The notes: generated by a model not told the origin, from the letters alone. DNA of 64,000 bases from Flavobacterium sp. (GCF_039930565.1 NZ_JBDTTP010000015.1:97-64096), one strand, 5' to 3'. Shown: positions 29,426 through 39,088, counted from the stretch's first letter. Made by a program: numbers and translations.

Positions 29426-31912
29426 ATGAAAAAAGCATTACTCACAAAAATATTTTTATTCCTTGCAATTGGAGGAATGTATGCACAAGTTGGCGATATT
29501 GATTTAAACTTTAATGCAACAATTGGAGTAGGAGCAAATCTTAATGTTACTTCATTGGCAGTTCAGACAGACGGAAAAATTATAATTGTAGGAGAGTTTA
29601 CAAATTATGCTTATACTCCAAAAAACCGTATCGCACGATTAAATCCCGATGGAACTCTTGATTACTCTTTTGATATAGGAACGGGAGCAAATGACAGAAT
29701 TTCTGCTGTAACAGTATTGCCAAATGGTAAAATTATGATCATAGGGAATTTTACTTCTTATAATGGTATTGCCATAAATCGTATTGCTAGATTGAATACT
29801 GATGGAACACTCGATACAACTTTTATAGCAGGAACAGGTTTTAATGGTTATAGTTGCCTTGCTATTCAAACAGACGGAAAAATTTTAATTGGAGGATATT
29901 TTACTTCTTATAATGATGTTGCAACAAAGCACATCGTAAGACTAAATACTAACGGAAGTTTAGACAATACATTTGATCCGGGAGTTGGACCTACTAGTAC
30001 GGTTAGAGAAATAGTAATTAAAACCGACGGAAAAATTGTGATTATAGGTGCTTTTTTGTCCTATGCCGGAATTTCAAGAAACGGTATAGCACAACTTAAT
30101 GCTGATGGAACCCTTGACACTACTTTTTTTCCAGGAAATGGAGCGGTTGGTATTGAATCTATTGCATTGCAAAACGACGGTAAAGTTTTAATTGGAGGAT
30201 ACTTTGCCGCTTATAATTTTACTTCAAAAAATGGTGTTGTAAGGCTGAATCTTGATGGAACTATAGATAATACTTTCAATCTTGGAGGGGGACCTGATTT
30301 TTCAGTAAAGGAAATAGTAATACAATCGGATGCAAAAATTCTAATCGGAGGACAATTTACCTCCTATGATGGTATCTCAAGAAATAGGATTGCTAGACTG
30401 AATGCTGACGGATCGCTGGATGTTAATTTTGATACAGCAATTGGTGCGAATGAAACAGTCTCTTCTATTGCTTTACAAGCAGACGGAAAAATTTTAACAG
30501 CAGGGGATTTTACTTCTTATAATGATACTTTAAGAGGACGACTTGCCCGAATAAATACTGACGGAACTATTGATACTACTTTTTTCAACCCAGAAGGGTT
30601 TGCGAAAGGATCAGATAATACGATTGTATCCGTGGCAATGCAACCTGACGGGAAAATTTTGCTTGCAGGAGAATTTACTTCTTATAATGGTATTCCAAAA
30701 GTGGCAACAATAAGACTTAATGCAGACGGAACGCTTGATGCCCCTTTTAATCCAACAACAATAGGAACAGGAAGCGCAGTAGAATATAGTATTGTAGTAC
30801 AACCCGATGGAAAAATTTTGCTTGCAGGACGACATTTTGATTCTAATTTTATATTAAGAGGTCGATTACTCCGAATGAATGCCGAAGACGGATCTTTAGA
30901 TGAAACATTTTATATAGGAGCAGGTAATGCAAATGGAGATGTTTATTCAATTGCACTTCAATCTGACGGAAAAATTTTAATTGGAGGGATTTTCAGTTCT
31001 TATACAGGTGTTTCAAGAAATAGGATTGCCAGGCTAAACACCGATGGAAAAATTGACACCACTTTCGACCCACTATTAGGAACCAATAATGCCATCAATT
31101 CTATAGTAGTGCAACCTGATGGAAAAATTTTGATTGGAGGTACTTTCACTACTTATAATGGTATCTCAAGAAACCGCATAGCCAGATTAAATGCCGATGG
31201 AACGCTTGATACTACTTTTAACCCAGGAACAGGAGCAAACAATATCGTTAATGCTATAGCGCTGCAAACGGATGGAAAAATTTTAATAAGTGGAATTTTC
31301 ACATCTTATAATAGTACTGCAAAAAAATATCTAGTCAGACTTAATTCCGACGGATTACTTGATACCACTTTTAATTCAGGGACAGGAGCAGATGGTCCGA
31401 TTAAATCTATAAAAGTACAATTAGATAAAAAAATCCTAATAGGTGGTGGTGGATATTTTACTTCTTATGATGGAATTTTAAGGAATAATATTGCACTATT
31501 AAATACTGATGGAACACTCGATACCACTTTTGATCCAGGAACGGGAGCAAATAATGAAATTCGAGCTATATTAATTCAGCCAGATGGAAAAATTTTAATT
31601 GCAGGTAACTTTACTGCTTACAATGGTAAAACTGTGGGGCGCATAACTAGATTATTATCAAGTGATATAACACTATCAACCAAAGAATTTAATAAAGAAA
31701 CTTTATTGATTTATCCAAATCCTGCAACAACCGAAATTTATTTTTCACAAGATCTTACAGAAATAGCTTTTTATACTATTTCAGGTCTTAAAACAAATGT
31801 TCCCTGCAGTTCAACTTCGGCAAATATTAGTGCGTTGCCTCAAGGAATTTACATCCTAAAAGGACTTGAAAACAATGGCAAAATAGTTACACAAAAAATA
31901 ATAAAGAACTAA
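29426..31912 (+). CDS. Delta-60 repeat beta-propeller protein with T9SS sorting domain
   Basis: 14 repeats of Q.DGKILIGG.FT.Y....IARLN.DG.LD.TF; C-terminal YPNP...GIYIL...QKIIK. Confidence 0.92.
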   Translation: MKKALLTKIFLFLAIGGMYAQVGDIDLNFNATIGVGANLNVTSLAVQTDGKIIIVGEFTNYAYTPKNRIARLNPDGTLDYSFDIGTGANDRISAVTVLPNGKIMIIGNFTSYNGIAINRIARLNTDGTLDTTFIAGTGFNGYSCLAIQTDGKILIGGYFTSYNDVATKHIVRLNTNGSLDNTFDPGVGPTSTVREIVIKTDGKIVIIGAFLSYAGISRNGIAQLNADGTLDTTFFPGNGAVGIESIALQNDGKVLIGGYFAAYNFTSKNGVVRLNLDGTIDNTFNLGGGPDFSVKEIVIQSDAKILIGGQFTSYDGISRNRIARLNADGSLDVNFDTAIGANETVSSIALQADGKILTAGDFTSYNDTLRGRLARINTDGTIDTTFFNPEGFAKGSDNTIVSVAMQPDGKILLAGEFTSYNGIPKVATIRLNADGTLDAPFNPTTIGTGSAVEYSIVVQPDGKILLAGRHFDSNFILRGRLLRMNAEDGSLDETFYIGAGNANGDVYSIALQSDGKILIGGIFSSYTGVSRNRIARLNTDGKIDTTFDPLLGTNNAINSIVVQPDGKILIGGTFTTYNGISRNRIARLNADGTLDTTFNPGTGANNIVNAIALQTDGKILISGIFTSYNSTAKKYLVRLNSDGLLDTTFNSGTGADGPIKSIKVQLDKKILIGGGGYFTSYDGILRNNIALLNTDGTLDTTFDPGTGANNEIRAILIQPDGKILIAGNFTAYNGKTVGRITRLLSSDITLSTKEFNKETLLIYPNPATTEIYFSQDLTEIAFYTISGLKTNVPCSSTSANISALPQGIYILKGLENNGKIVTQKIIKN

Positions 31913-31928
31913 TATAAAACATGTTATC

Positions 31929-33227
31929 ATGAAAAAAATCATAACTCTAATCAGTTTAATTCTTTTGTTTTCCTGCTCCAATGATGAAGATAAAAAGGAA
32001 ACAATTATTTTATCAATTGCTGACATCAGCCCAGCATCAGGACCCAAAAACACTCCTGTAACTATTACAGGATCAGGTTTCAGTGCTATAAGTTCTGAAA
32101 ATGCTGTAACTATTAACGATAAAGTTTGTCCAATTATAAACAGCACTCCAACACAAATCACTATTACCATACCGCCAAGTGCAGGTTCGGGCAAAATAAA
32201 TCTGACGGTAGGTAATGCTAGTGCAGAAAGCAACAATTTTGATTTTATAGTCACTACAACTGTAACCACGATTGCAGGAAATATAAAAGGCATTCAAGAT
32301 GGTCAAGGTTCAGCGGCTCAATTTGATTTTCCACGAGGTATCACTGTAGATAACCAAGGAAACTTGCTCGTAACGGATGGAGATAGAATAAGAAAAATTT
32401 CATCAACTGGTTTGGTTACAACTATTGCTGGTAGCACAACGGGTTCTGAACACGGACAAAGTATATTGGCAAAATTTGATGGTCCTGCTGGAATAGTTAT
32501 TGATGAATCTGGAAGATTATTTGTTGCTGATGAGTTCAATGATATGATAAGATTAATCTCTAATACTGGCTTAGTAAATACAACCGCAGGAGCTGTTACA
32601 GGATCTGATACGCCTGCTGTAAGCGGTTTTTTAGATGGCAATCGTTTCGAGGCTAAATTTGATCGTCCTGTTGGAATAGCTATTGATGTATCGGGAACAT
32701 TATTTGTTGCTGACAGCCAAAATAGAAGAATACGAAAAATTGCAGGAAATAATGTAACAACATTTGCCGGAAGCGGAGATTTTAGTTCTGCTGACGGTCA
32801 GGGTAATACCGCAAGTTTTGGCAATCCTCAAGGATTAACAATTGATACTGCAGGTAATTTATATGTTAGTGATAGATTTAAAATTATTCGAAAAATAACT
32901 CCAACAGGATTAGTTACTACTATTGCAGGCTCGACTACTGGTGGTTTTGCAGATGGCCAAGGCAGTGTTGCAAAATTTAACAACGCAAATGGAATTATAG
33001 CTGATTCTCTCGGTAATTTATTTGTTACTGATGGACCAAGAATCCGCAAAATTTCTCCAACTGGCTTGGTTTCAACAATTGCTGGAACGGCAACAAATGG
33101 TTTTGCTGATGGAATTGCTACAATAGCACAATTTAACAATCCCCAAGGAATCACAATAGATTCTCAAGGCAATCTATATATTGCTGATACTATCAATTTT
33201 AAAATCCGCAAAATTACTTTTGATTAA
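31929..33227 (+). CDS. IPT/TIG plus NHL-repeat surface lipoprotein
   Basis: Lipobox LFSC plus SNDEDKK; ISP.SG...VTITGSGF IPT domain; six P.GI.(V/I)D..GNL.V.D NHL blades. Confidence 0.9.
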   Translation: MKKIITLISLILLFSCSNDEDKKETIILSIADISPASGPKNTPVTITGSGFSAISSENAVTINDKVCPIINSTPTQITITIPPSAGSGKINLTVGNASAESNNFDFIVTTTVTTIAGNIKGIQDGQGSAAQFDFPRGITVDNQGNLLVTDGDRIRKISSTGLVTTIAGSTTGSEHGQSILAKFDGPAGIVIDESGRLFVADEFNDMIRLISNTGLVNTTAGAVTGSDTPAVSGFLDGNRFEAKFDRPVGIAIDVSGTLFVADSQNRRIRKIAGNNVTTFAGSGDFSSADGQGNTASFGNPQGLTIDTAGNLYVSDRFKIIRKITPTGLVTTIAGSTTGGFADGQGSVAKFNNANGIIADSLGNLFVTDGPRIRKISPTGLVSTIAGTATNGFADGIATIAQFNNPQGITIDSQGNLYIADTINFKIRKITFD

Positions 33228-33236
33228 TCTTCAAAC

Positions 33237-33378
33237 CACAAGATCTGCAGGTAGTAGTGCATTGCCTCAAGTTATATACATCCTTAAGCATTGGAAATCA
33301 AATACAAAATAATTACACAAACAGATAATTAAAAATTAATGTAAAATATCCTCTCATGAAAAAAATCATTAATAACTA
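33237..33378 (+). repeat. Degenerate direct copy of the delta-60 gene 3' end plus IPT-NHL gene start
   Basis: 33255-33369 (TAGTGCATTGCCTCAAG...TACATCCT...CAAAATA.TTACACAAA...TCATGAAAAAAATCAT) aligns to 31828-31942; CACAAGATCT at 33237 also matches 31746-31755. Confidence 0.8.
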
Positions 33379-33449
33379 TAAAAAGGCAACAATTTTAATT
33401 CAAATTCACAAAGATTAGTAAAGCAAATAGGAATATTAAACCAATTATT

Positions 33450-33845
33450 ATGAAAAAACCAGTAGTTTATTTTAGATTAAGCATAGTATAGAGAAGCAAG
33501 AAGAACTTGTGACACAGATAAGCCTAGAACTTTCTCTGCAGCATCTTATGGAAGCGTTAGCACATCTGTTACTTCAATTAAATCAATACTAAGATCACAA
33601 GGCGCCTTAGCTGTAGTTATTCTTACAAATGAAGATTTTAACAATTACTAGGTTGAAAACTCTGTAATAAGCTTAAAGATTAATGATTCAAATGAAACGA
33701 CTGTGTAGCTATTGTTGAATGGGACAATAATCGAAGTGCTTGGCTAGTAAGAAATTCATGGGGCGATGAATGGGGACAAAATGGTTACGGATGGATAAAT
33801 TATAATTCTAAAATATTTTTTGTAGATTATGTAAATATGGATTAA
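33450..33845 (+). pseudogene. Papain-family (C1A) cysteine protease remnant
   Basis: 33696-33845 translates [36 protein letters not shown]; another frame from 33487 gives Y...TC...SIKSILRSQGALAVVI...FNNY*; stops and a frameshift; not in the ORF track. Confidence 0.8.
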
Positions 33846-33982
33846 TTATGTCGTTAAAGTTAAAATCATACTATCTTATTTATAAAAACTCAGTTAAATA
33901 TCTAATGAGCAATAATATAAATAATTATTAAAACCTTTTTAATATTACTCTGCTTTATAATTATAAATTTTTAATTGTTTTT

Positions 33983-34011
33983 AAATCCTCTTCATTTTGA
34001 AGGGGATTTTT
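33983..34011 (+). terminator. Terminator closing the accessory cluster
   Basis: AAATCCTCTTCA/TGAAGGGGATTT stem plus T tract. Confidence 0.65.
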
Positions 34012-34090
34012 TGTAAATCTAAATAACTAATATCTATTTTAACATTAGTTATATTAATGTGAAGCATTATGGAAAAAGGTTTTTAAGTCG

Positions 34091-34098
34091 TATATTTG
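34091..34098 (+). promoter_or_regulatory. Bacteroidota housekeeping promoter -7 element of the suf operon
   Basis: TATATTTG matches TAnnTTTG, 30 nt before the ATG at 34128. Confidence 0.7.
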
Positions 34099-34127
34099 CA
34101 GTTAATTTAGACAAAATCAACATAGCT

Positions 34128-34457
34128 ATGATACAAGTTTCTGAATCTGCAAGTAAAAAAATTGTCGATATGATGAAAGACGATGGTTTTGACGCTGCCA
34201 AAGATTACGTTCGAGTAGGCGTAAAATCTGGTGGTTGTTCTGGATTATCTTATGATTTAACTTTTGACAAACAAATAGGCGAAAACGATAAGGTTTTTGA
34301 AGATAATAATATAAAAATTGCCGTAGAAAAAAAATCATTCCTATATTTAGCTGGAACTATATTAGAATTTTCAGGCGGATTAAACGGAAAAGGATTTGTT
34401 TTTAACAATCCAAATGCAAGTAGAACTTGCGGTTGCGGAGAGAGTTTTTCTCTGTAA
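34128..34457 (+). CDS. Fe-S cluster assembly accessory protein (IscA/SufA, HesB family)
   Basis: GGCSGLSY and CGCGESF motifs; first gene of the suf operon. Confidence 0.95.
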   Translation: MIQVSESASKKIVDMMKDDGFDAAKDYVRVGVKSGGCSGLSYDLTFDKQIGENDKVFEDNNIKIAVEKKSFLYLAGTILEFSGGLNGKGFVFNNPNASRTCGCGESFSL

Positions 34458-34475
34458 AACAATTAAACAACTATT

Positions 34476-35924
34476 ATGTCAAAATATACCGAAGACGACT
34501 TAAAAATTGAACTCGAAACCAAAGAGTATGAATATGGATTTTATACCGAATTGGAATCGGAGACGTTTCCTATTGGTTTAAATGAAGATATTGTTCGTGC
34601 TATTTCTCTAAAAAAAGAAGAACCACAATGGATGACCGATTGGCGCATTGAGGCTTTTCGCGCATGGGAACAAATGATCGAACCAGAATGGGCAAATGTA
34701 AAATATACTAAACCCGATTTTCAGGCAATTTCTTATTATTCTGCACCAAAAACAATCGATCCTAATAAAACATTAGACGACGTAGATCCGGAACTTTTGG
34801 AAATGTACAAAAAGTTAGGAATCTCTGTCGATGAACAAAAAATGATGAACAATGTTGCTATGGATATTGTAGTCGATTCAGTTTCAGTAGCAACGACTTT
34901 CAAGAAAACTTTGGGCGAAAAAGGAATTATTTTTATGAGTATTTCCGAAGCTATTAAAGAGCATCCCGAATTAGTTCGTAAACATTTGGGTACAGTTGTT
35001 CCCCAAAAAGACAACTTTTATGCAGCATTAAATTCGGCTGTTTTCTCTGACGGAAGTTTCTGTTACATTCCAAAAGGTGTTCGTTGTCCAATGGAATTAT
35101 CAACTTATTTCCGTATCAATCAGGCAGGAACTGGACAATTCGAAAGAACATTATTAGTGGCAGATGAAGGAAGTTATGTTTCTTATTTGGAAGGATGTAC
35201 CGCTCCAAGCCGTGACGAAAACCAATTACACGCAGCAGTAGTAGAATTAATCGCTTTAGAAGGTGCCGAAATCAAATATTCTACCGTTCAAAATTGGTTT
35301 CCTGGAAACAAGGAAGGAAAAGGTGGAGTTTACAATTTCGTAACCAAAAGAGGTTTATGCGAAACAAATGCTAAAATATCCTGGACACAAGTAGAAACTG
35401 GATCAGCAATAACCTGGAAATATCCTTCGGTTATTTTAAAAGGAGATAATTCAGTAGGAGAATTTTATTCGATTGCAGTTACCAATAATTACCAACAAGC
35501 TGATACCGGTACTAAAATGATCCATTTAGGAAAAAACACTAAATCGACTATTATTTCTAAAGGTATCTCAGCCGGTAAGTCACAAAACAGTTACCGTGGA
35601 TTAGTGCAGATTAGCCCAAGAGCTGATAATGCAAGAAACTTTTCACAATGTGACTCTTTATTAATGGGAAACAATTGTGGTGCACATACTTTTCCTTACA
35701 TCGAAAGCAAAAATCCTTCAGCCAAAATAGAACACGAAGCAACTACAAGTAAAATTGGAGAAGATCAGGTTTTTTATTGCAACCAAAGAGGTATTCCGAC
35801 TGAAAAAGCGATTGCCTTAATTGTAAACGGTTTCAGTAAAGATGTCCTGAACAAATTACCAATGGAATTTGCGGTTGAAGCTCAAAAATTATTAGAGATT
35901 TCTCTTGAAGGATCTGTTGGATAG
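34476..35924 (+). CDS. sufB: Fe-S cluster assembly protein SufB
   Basis: [47 protein letters not shown]. Confidence 0.98.
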   Translation: MSKYTEDDLKIELETKEYEYGFYTELESETFPIGLNEDIVRAISLKKEEPQWMTDWRIEAFRAWEQMIEPEWANVKYTKPDFQAISYYSAPKTIDPNKTLDDVDPELLEMYKKLGISVDEQKMMNNVAMDIVVDSVSVATTFKKTLGEKGIIFMSISEAIKEHPELVRKHLGTVVPQKDNFYAALNSAVFSDGSFCYIPKGVRCPMELSTYFRINQAGTGQFERTLLVADEGSYVSYLEGCTAPSRDENQLHAAVVELIALEGAEIKYSTVQNWFPGNKEGKGGVYNFVTKRGLCETNAKISWTQVETGSAITWKYPSVILKGDNSVGEFYSIAVTNNYQQADTGTKMIHLGKNTKSTIISKGISAGKSQNSYRGLVQISPRADNARNFSQCDSLLMGNNCGAHTFPYIESKNPSAKIEHEATTSKIGEDQVFYCNQRGIPTEKAIALIVNGFSKDVLNKLPMEFAVEAQKLLEISLEGSVG

Positions 35925-35931
35925 TTGTAAA

Positions 35932-36426
35932 ATGGAAAACAAATCAGTCATCATTTTAGGTTCTTCCAGAAAAAACGGAAACACAACAAAAATTGCGGAT
36001 GAAATTGCCAAAGAATCCGGAATAGATGTAATCGATTTGAGTGATTATACGATTTCATATTATGATTACGAAAGCAAAAATATTGACGATGATTTTTTGC
36101 CTTTAATAAGAGGTATAATTGAAAAGTATGATACTTTAATTTTTGCTACTCCTATATATTGGTATAATATGAGTGGAATTATGAAGGTTTTCTTTGATCG
36201 TATTTCGGATTTAATTCGAATTGAAAAAGAAACCGGAAGAAAACTCAGAGGAAAAAAAATTGGTGTGATATCAAATTCGCACGACAACGAAATTGAAGAT
36301 AGTTTTTACATTCCGTTCAAAAAATCAGCCGATTATTTAGGTATGGAATACTTAGGTCACGCGCATTTTAATGCTAACATTCTAAGTCAGAGCCAAACAA
36401 AAAAAATAGAATTGACATTTATATAA
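35932..36426 (+). CDS. Flavodoxin-like NAD(P)H-dependent FMN reductase
   Basis: ILGSSRKNGNT and FATPIYWYNMSG.MKVFFDR motifs. Confidence 0.88.
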   Translation: MENKSVIILGSSRKNGNTTKIADEIAKESGIDVIDLSDYTISYYDYESKNIDDDFLPLIRGIIEKYDTLIFATPIYWYNMSGIMKVFFDRISDLIRIEKETGRKLRGKKIGVISNSHDNEIEDSFYIPFKKSADYLGMEYLGHAHFNANILSQSQTKKIELTFI

Positions 36427-36439
36427 AATAAAAAAAACA

Positions 36440-37186
36440 ATGTTATCAATAAAAAATTTACACGCTGCAATTGGCGATAAAGAAATTCTTAAAGGAATAA
36501 ACATAGAAGTAAAAGCTGGAGAAGTACATGCTATCATGGGGCCAAACGGTTCCGGGAAAAGCACACTTTCGGCTGTAATTGCAGGAAACGAAAACTATGA
36601 AGTTACAGACGGAGCAGTTTTCCTTGACGGAGAAGATCTCGCTGATCTTGCTCCTGAAGAAAGAGCGCACAAAGGAGTTTTCCTTTCGTTTCAGTATCCT
36701 GTAGAAATTCCCGGAGTAAGTGTAACTAACTTCATGAAAACTGCCATTAACGAAACCCGTAAAGCAAACGGCCAGGCTGAAATGCCAGCGAATGAAATGC
36801 TAAAAGTAATTCGTGAGAAATCTGAATTATTAGAAATCGATCGTAAATTTTTATCCCGTTCCTTAAACGAAGGTTTTTCCGGAGGGGAGAAAAAAAGAAA
36901 CGAAATTTTTCAAATGGCAATGTTAGAGCCAAAATTGGCTATCCTTGACGAAACCGATTCTGGTCTTGATATTGACGCTTTAAGAATTGTAGCTAACGGA
37001 GTTAACAAATTGAAAAGCGAGAAAAATGCAATTATTGTTATCACGCATTACCAACGTTTATTGGATTATATCGTTCCGGATTTCGTTCATGTTCTTTACA
37101 ACGGAAGAATTGTAAAATCTGGTGGTAAAGAATTGGCTTACGAATTGGAAGAAAAAGGATACGACTGGATTAAAGCAGAAAACTAA
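36440..37186 (+). CDS. sufC: Fe-S cluster assembly ATPase SufC
   Basis: GPNGSGKST, FQYPVEIPGV, FSGGEKKR, DETDSGLDIDAL, ITHYQRLL. Confidence 0.98.
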   Translation: MLSIKNLHAAIGDKEILKGINIEVKAGEVHAIMGPNGSGKSTLSAVIAGNENYEVTDGAVFLDGEDLADLAPEERAHKGVFLSFQYPVEIPGVSVTNFMKTAINETRKANGQAEMPANEMLKVIREKSELLEIDRKFLSRSLNEGFSGGEKKRNEIFQMAMLEPKLAILDETDSGLDIDALRIVANGVNKLKSEKNAIIVITHYQRLLDYIVPDFVHVLYNGRIVKSGGKELAYELEEKGYDWIKAEN

Positions 37187-37199
37187 AAATTTTGTCTCA

Positions 37200-37730
37200 A
37201 GTTTTAGGTTTTTTTAGTTTCAGGTTTGACTTATTTTGTAAGTTTAAGCTTAAATTAAAAAAATAGAAATTATGGCAACAATAAATAGATTTGAAGATTT
37301 AGAAATCTGGAAAGAAGCTAGACGATTAGCAAAAGAAATACATCTTATTGCAATTGAAACAGAATTAAAATCAGATTTCAGATTCAAAAATCAAATAAAA
37401 GCATCATCTGGTTCAGTAATGGACAATATAGCTGAAGGCTTTGAAAGAGATGGAAATTTAGAGTTTAGACTATTTTTATCTATAGCAAAAGGTTCAGCTG
37501 GAGAAACAAGATCTCAGCTTTATCGCGTTTTTGATTTTGAATATATTTCAGAACAAAAATTCGAAATTTTAAAAACAGATTATGAAAACTTAAGCGGTAA
37601 ACTAAAAAACTTTATCACTTATCTAAATAAGAAGGATTTCAAAGGAAATAAGTTTCAATAGAAAACATGAAACAAAGGATTCAAAGGAATTAAGTTCCGG
37701 TACACAACCTGAAACTTGAAACCTAAAACT
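37200..37730. repeat. Inverted repeat pair bracketing the four-helix-bundle gene
   Basis: Left arm AGTTTTAGGTTT-TTTT-AGTTTCAGGTT (37200-37226) is complementary to right arm AACCTGAAACT-TG-AAACCTAAAACT (37706-37730): 12 bp + 11 bp helices built from 7-nt units. Confidence 0.8.
37272..37661 (+). CDS. Four-helix-bundle protein (23S rRNA IVS protein/Avd-like family)
   Basis: [43 protein letters not shown] family signature. Confidence 0.92.
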   Translation: MATINRFEDLEIWKEARRLAKEIHLIAIETELKSDFRFKNQIKASSGSVMDNIAEGFERDGNLEFRLFLSIAKGSAGETRSQLYRVFDFEYISEQKFEILKTDYENLSGKLKNFITYLNKKDFKGNKFQ

Positions 37731-37750
37731 CCGAAGGAAACAAAACAAAA

Positions 37751-39067
37751 ATGGATTTAAAAGAAAAATTAGTATCGTCTTTTATGGCTTTTGAAGAGCG
37801 TGTCGATGTACATTCAGATTTACATGACATTCGCACAAATGCCTTAAAAAATTTCGAAAATAAAGGTTTCCCAACCAAAAAAGAAGAGGCATGGAAATAT
37901 ACATCACTTAATGCCATCTTAAAAAATGACTTTACGGTATTTCCAAAGGCAGAGAATGCAATCGAATTTAATCATGTGAAAAAATATTTTTTACATGAAA
38001 TAGACACTTATAAATTAGTATTTATTGATGGTGTTTTCAGTTCACATTTATCTTCTACAACACACGACGGAATTGATGTTTGCCTGATGTCTTCGGCATT
38101 GACCAAACCAAAATATAAAATGGTTATCGATACCTACTTCAATCAAATTGCAAGCAAAGACGAAAGTTTGACTTCGTTGAATACTGCATTTGCAAGTGAA
38201 GGGGCTTTTATCAATATCCCGCAAAAGAAAGTGGCTGACAAACCTATTGAGATTATGTATTTCTCAACAGGAAACGAAGCGGCTTTAATGGTTCAGCCAA
38301 GAAACTTGATTATTGTAGGTGAAAATTCGCATGTTCAGATTATCGAGCGCCACCAAAGTTTAAATGAAAATCCTGTTTTGACCAATTCGGTTACAGAGAT
38401 TTTCGCTCAAAAACGTGCTATTGTTGATTATTATAAAATCCAGAATGATAACAGCGAAGCAAATCTAGTTGATAACACTTATGTTTCGCAACAACAGGAA
38501 AGTCACGCTTATGTTCATACATTCTCGTTTGGTGGAAATATAACCCGTAACAATTTGAACTTTTATCACTTTGGCGAAAGATTGACAAGTACGTTAAACG
38601 GAATTACAATTCTAAGCGACAAACAACATGTTGATCACTATACTTTAGTAAAACATGCACAGCCAAATTGTGAGAGTTTCCAGGATTATAAAGGAATTTT
38701 TTCTGATCGTTCTACAGGAGTTTTCAACGGAAAAATTTTGGTAGAAAGAGAAGCTCAAAAAACAAATGCTTTTCAAAAAAGCAATAATATTTTATTGAGC
38801 GACAAAGCTACTATCAACGCAAAACCCCAATTGGAAATTTTTGCTGACGATGTAAAATGTTCTCACGGATGTACCATTGGACAATTAGACGAAACGGCTA
38901 TGTTTTACATGCAATCTCGTGGAATCCCACAAAAAGAAGCCAAAGCTTTATTGATGTACGCATTCTCAAATGCAGTTATCGAAAGTATAAAAATACCGGA
39001 ATTAAAACAAAGAATTACCAAAATCATCGCTATGAAATTAGGCGTAAATTTAGGATTTGACTTGTAG
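37751..39067 (+). CDS. sufD: Fe-S cluster assembly protein SufD
   Basis: PTKKEEAWKYT, GVFNGKI, KPQLEIFADDVKCSHG, FYMQSRGI. Confidence 0.97.
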   Translation: MDLKEKLVSSFMAFEERVDVHSDLHDIRTNALKNFENKGFPTKKEEAWKYTSLNAILKNDFTVFPKAENAIEFNHVKKYFLHEIDTYKLVFIDGVFSSHLSSTTHDGIDVCLMSSALTKPKYKMVIDTYFNQIASKDESLTSLNTAFASEGAFINIPQKKVADKPIEIMYFSTGNEAALMVQPRNLIIVGENSHVQIIERHQSLNENPVLTNSVTEIFAQKRAIVDYYKIQNDNSEANLVDNTYVSQQQESHAYVHTFSFGGNITRNNLNFYHFGERLTSTLNGITILSDKQHVDHYTLVKHAQPNCESFQDYKGIFSDRSTGVFNGKILVEREAQKTNAFQKSNNILLSDKATINAKPQLEIFADDVKCSHGCTIGQLDETAMFYMQSRGIPQKEAKALLMYAFSNAVIESIKIPELKQRITKIIAMKLGVNLGFDL

Positions 39068-39088
39068 TAAATTCTCCTTTTAAATATA

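Noticed and set aside
29426-33227. Periodic DNA repeats as a CRISPR array
   Set aside because: They are degenerate, in-frame protein repeats (delta-60, NHL); no identical repeats with unique spacers and no cas genes.
37272-37730. Diversity-generating retroelement (Avd-like gene plus short repeat pair)
   Set aside because: No reverse transcriptase in the window; the repeat is only ~23 bp, contains an indel and is far shorter than a TR/VR pair.
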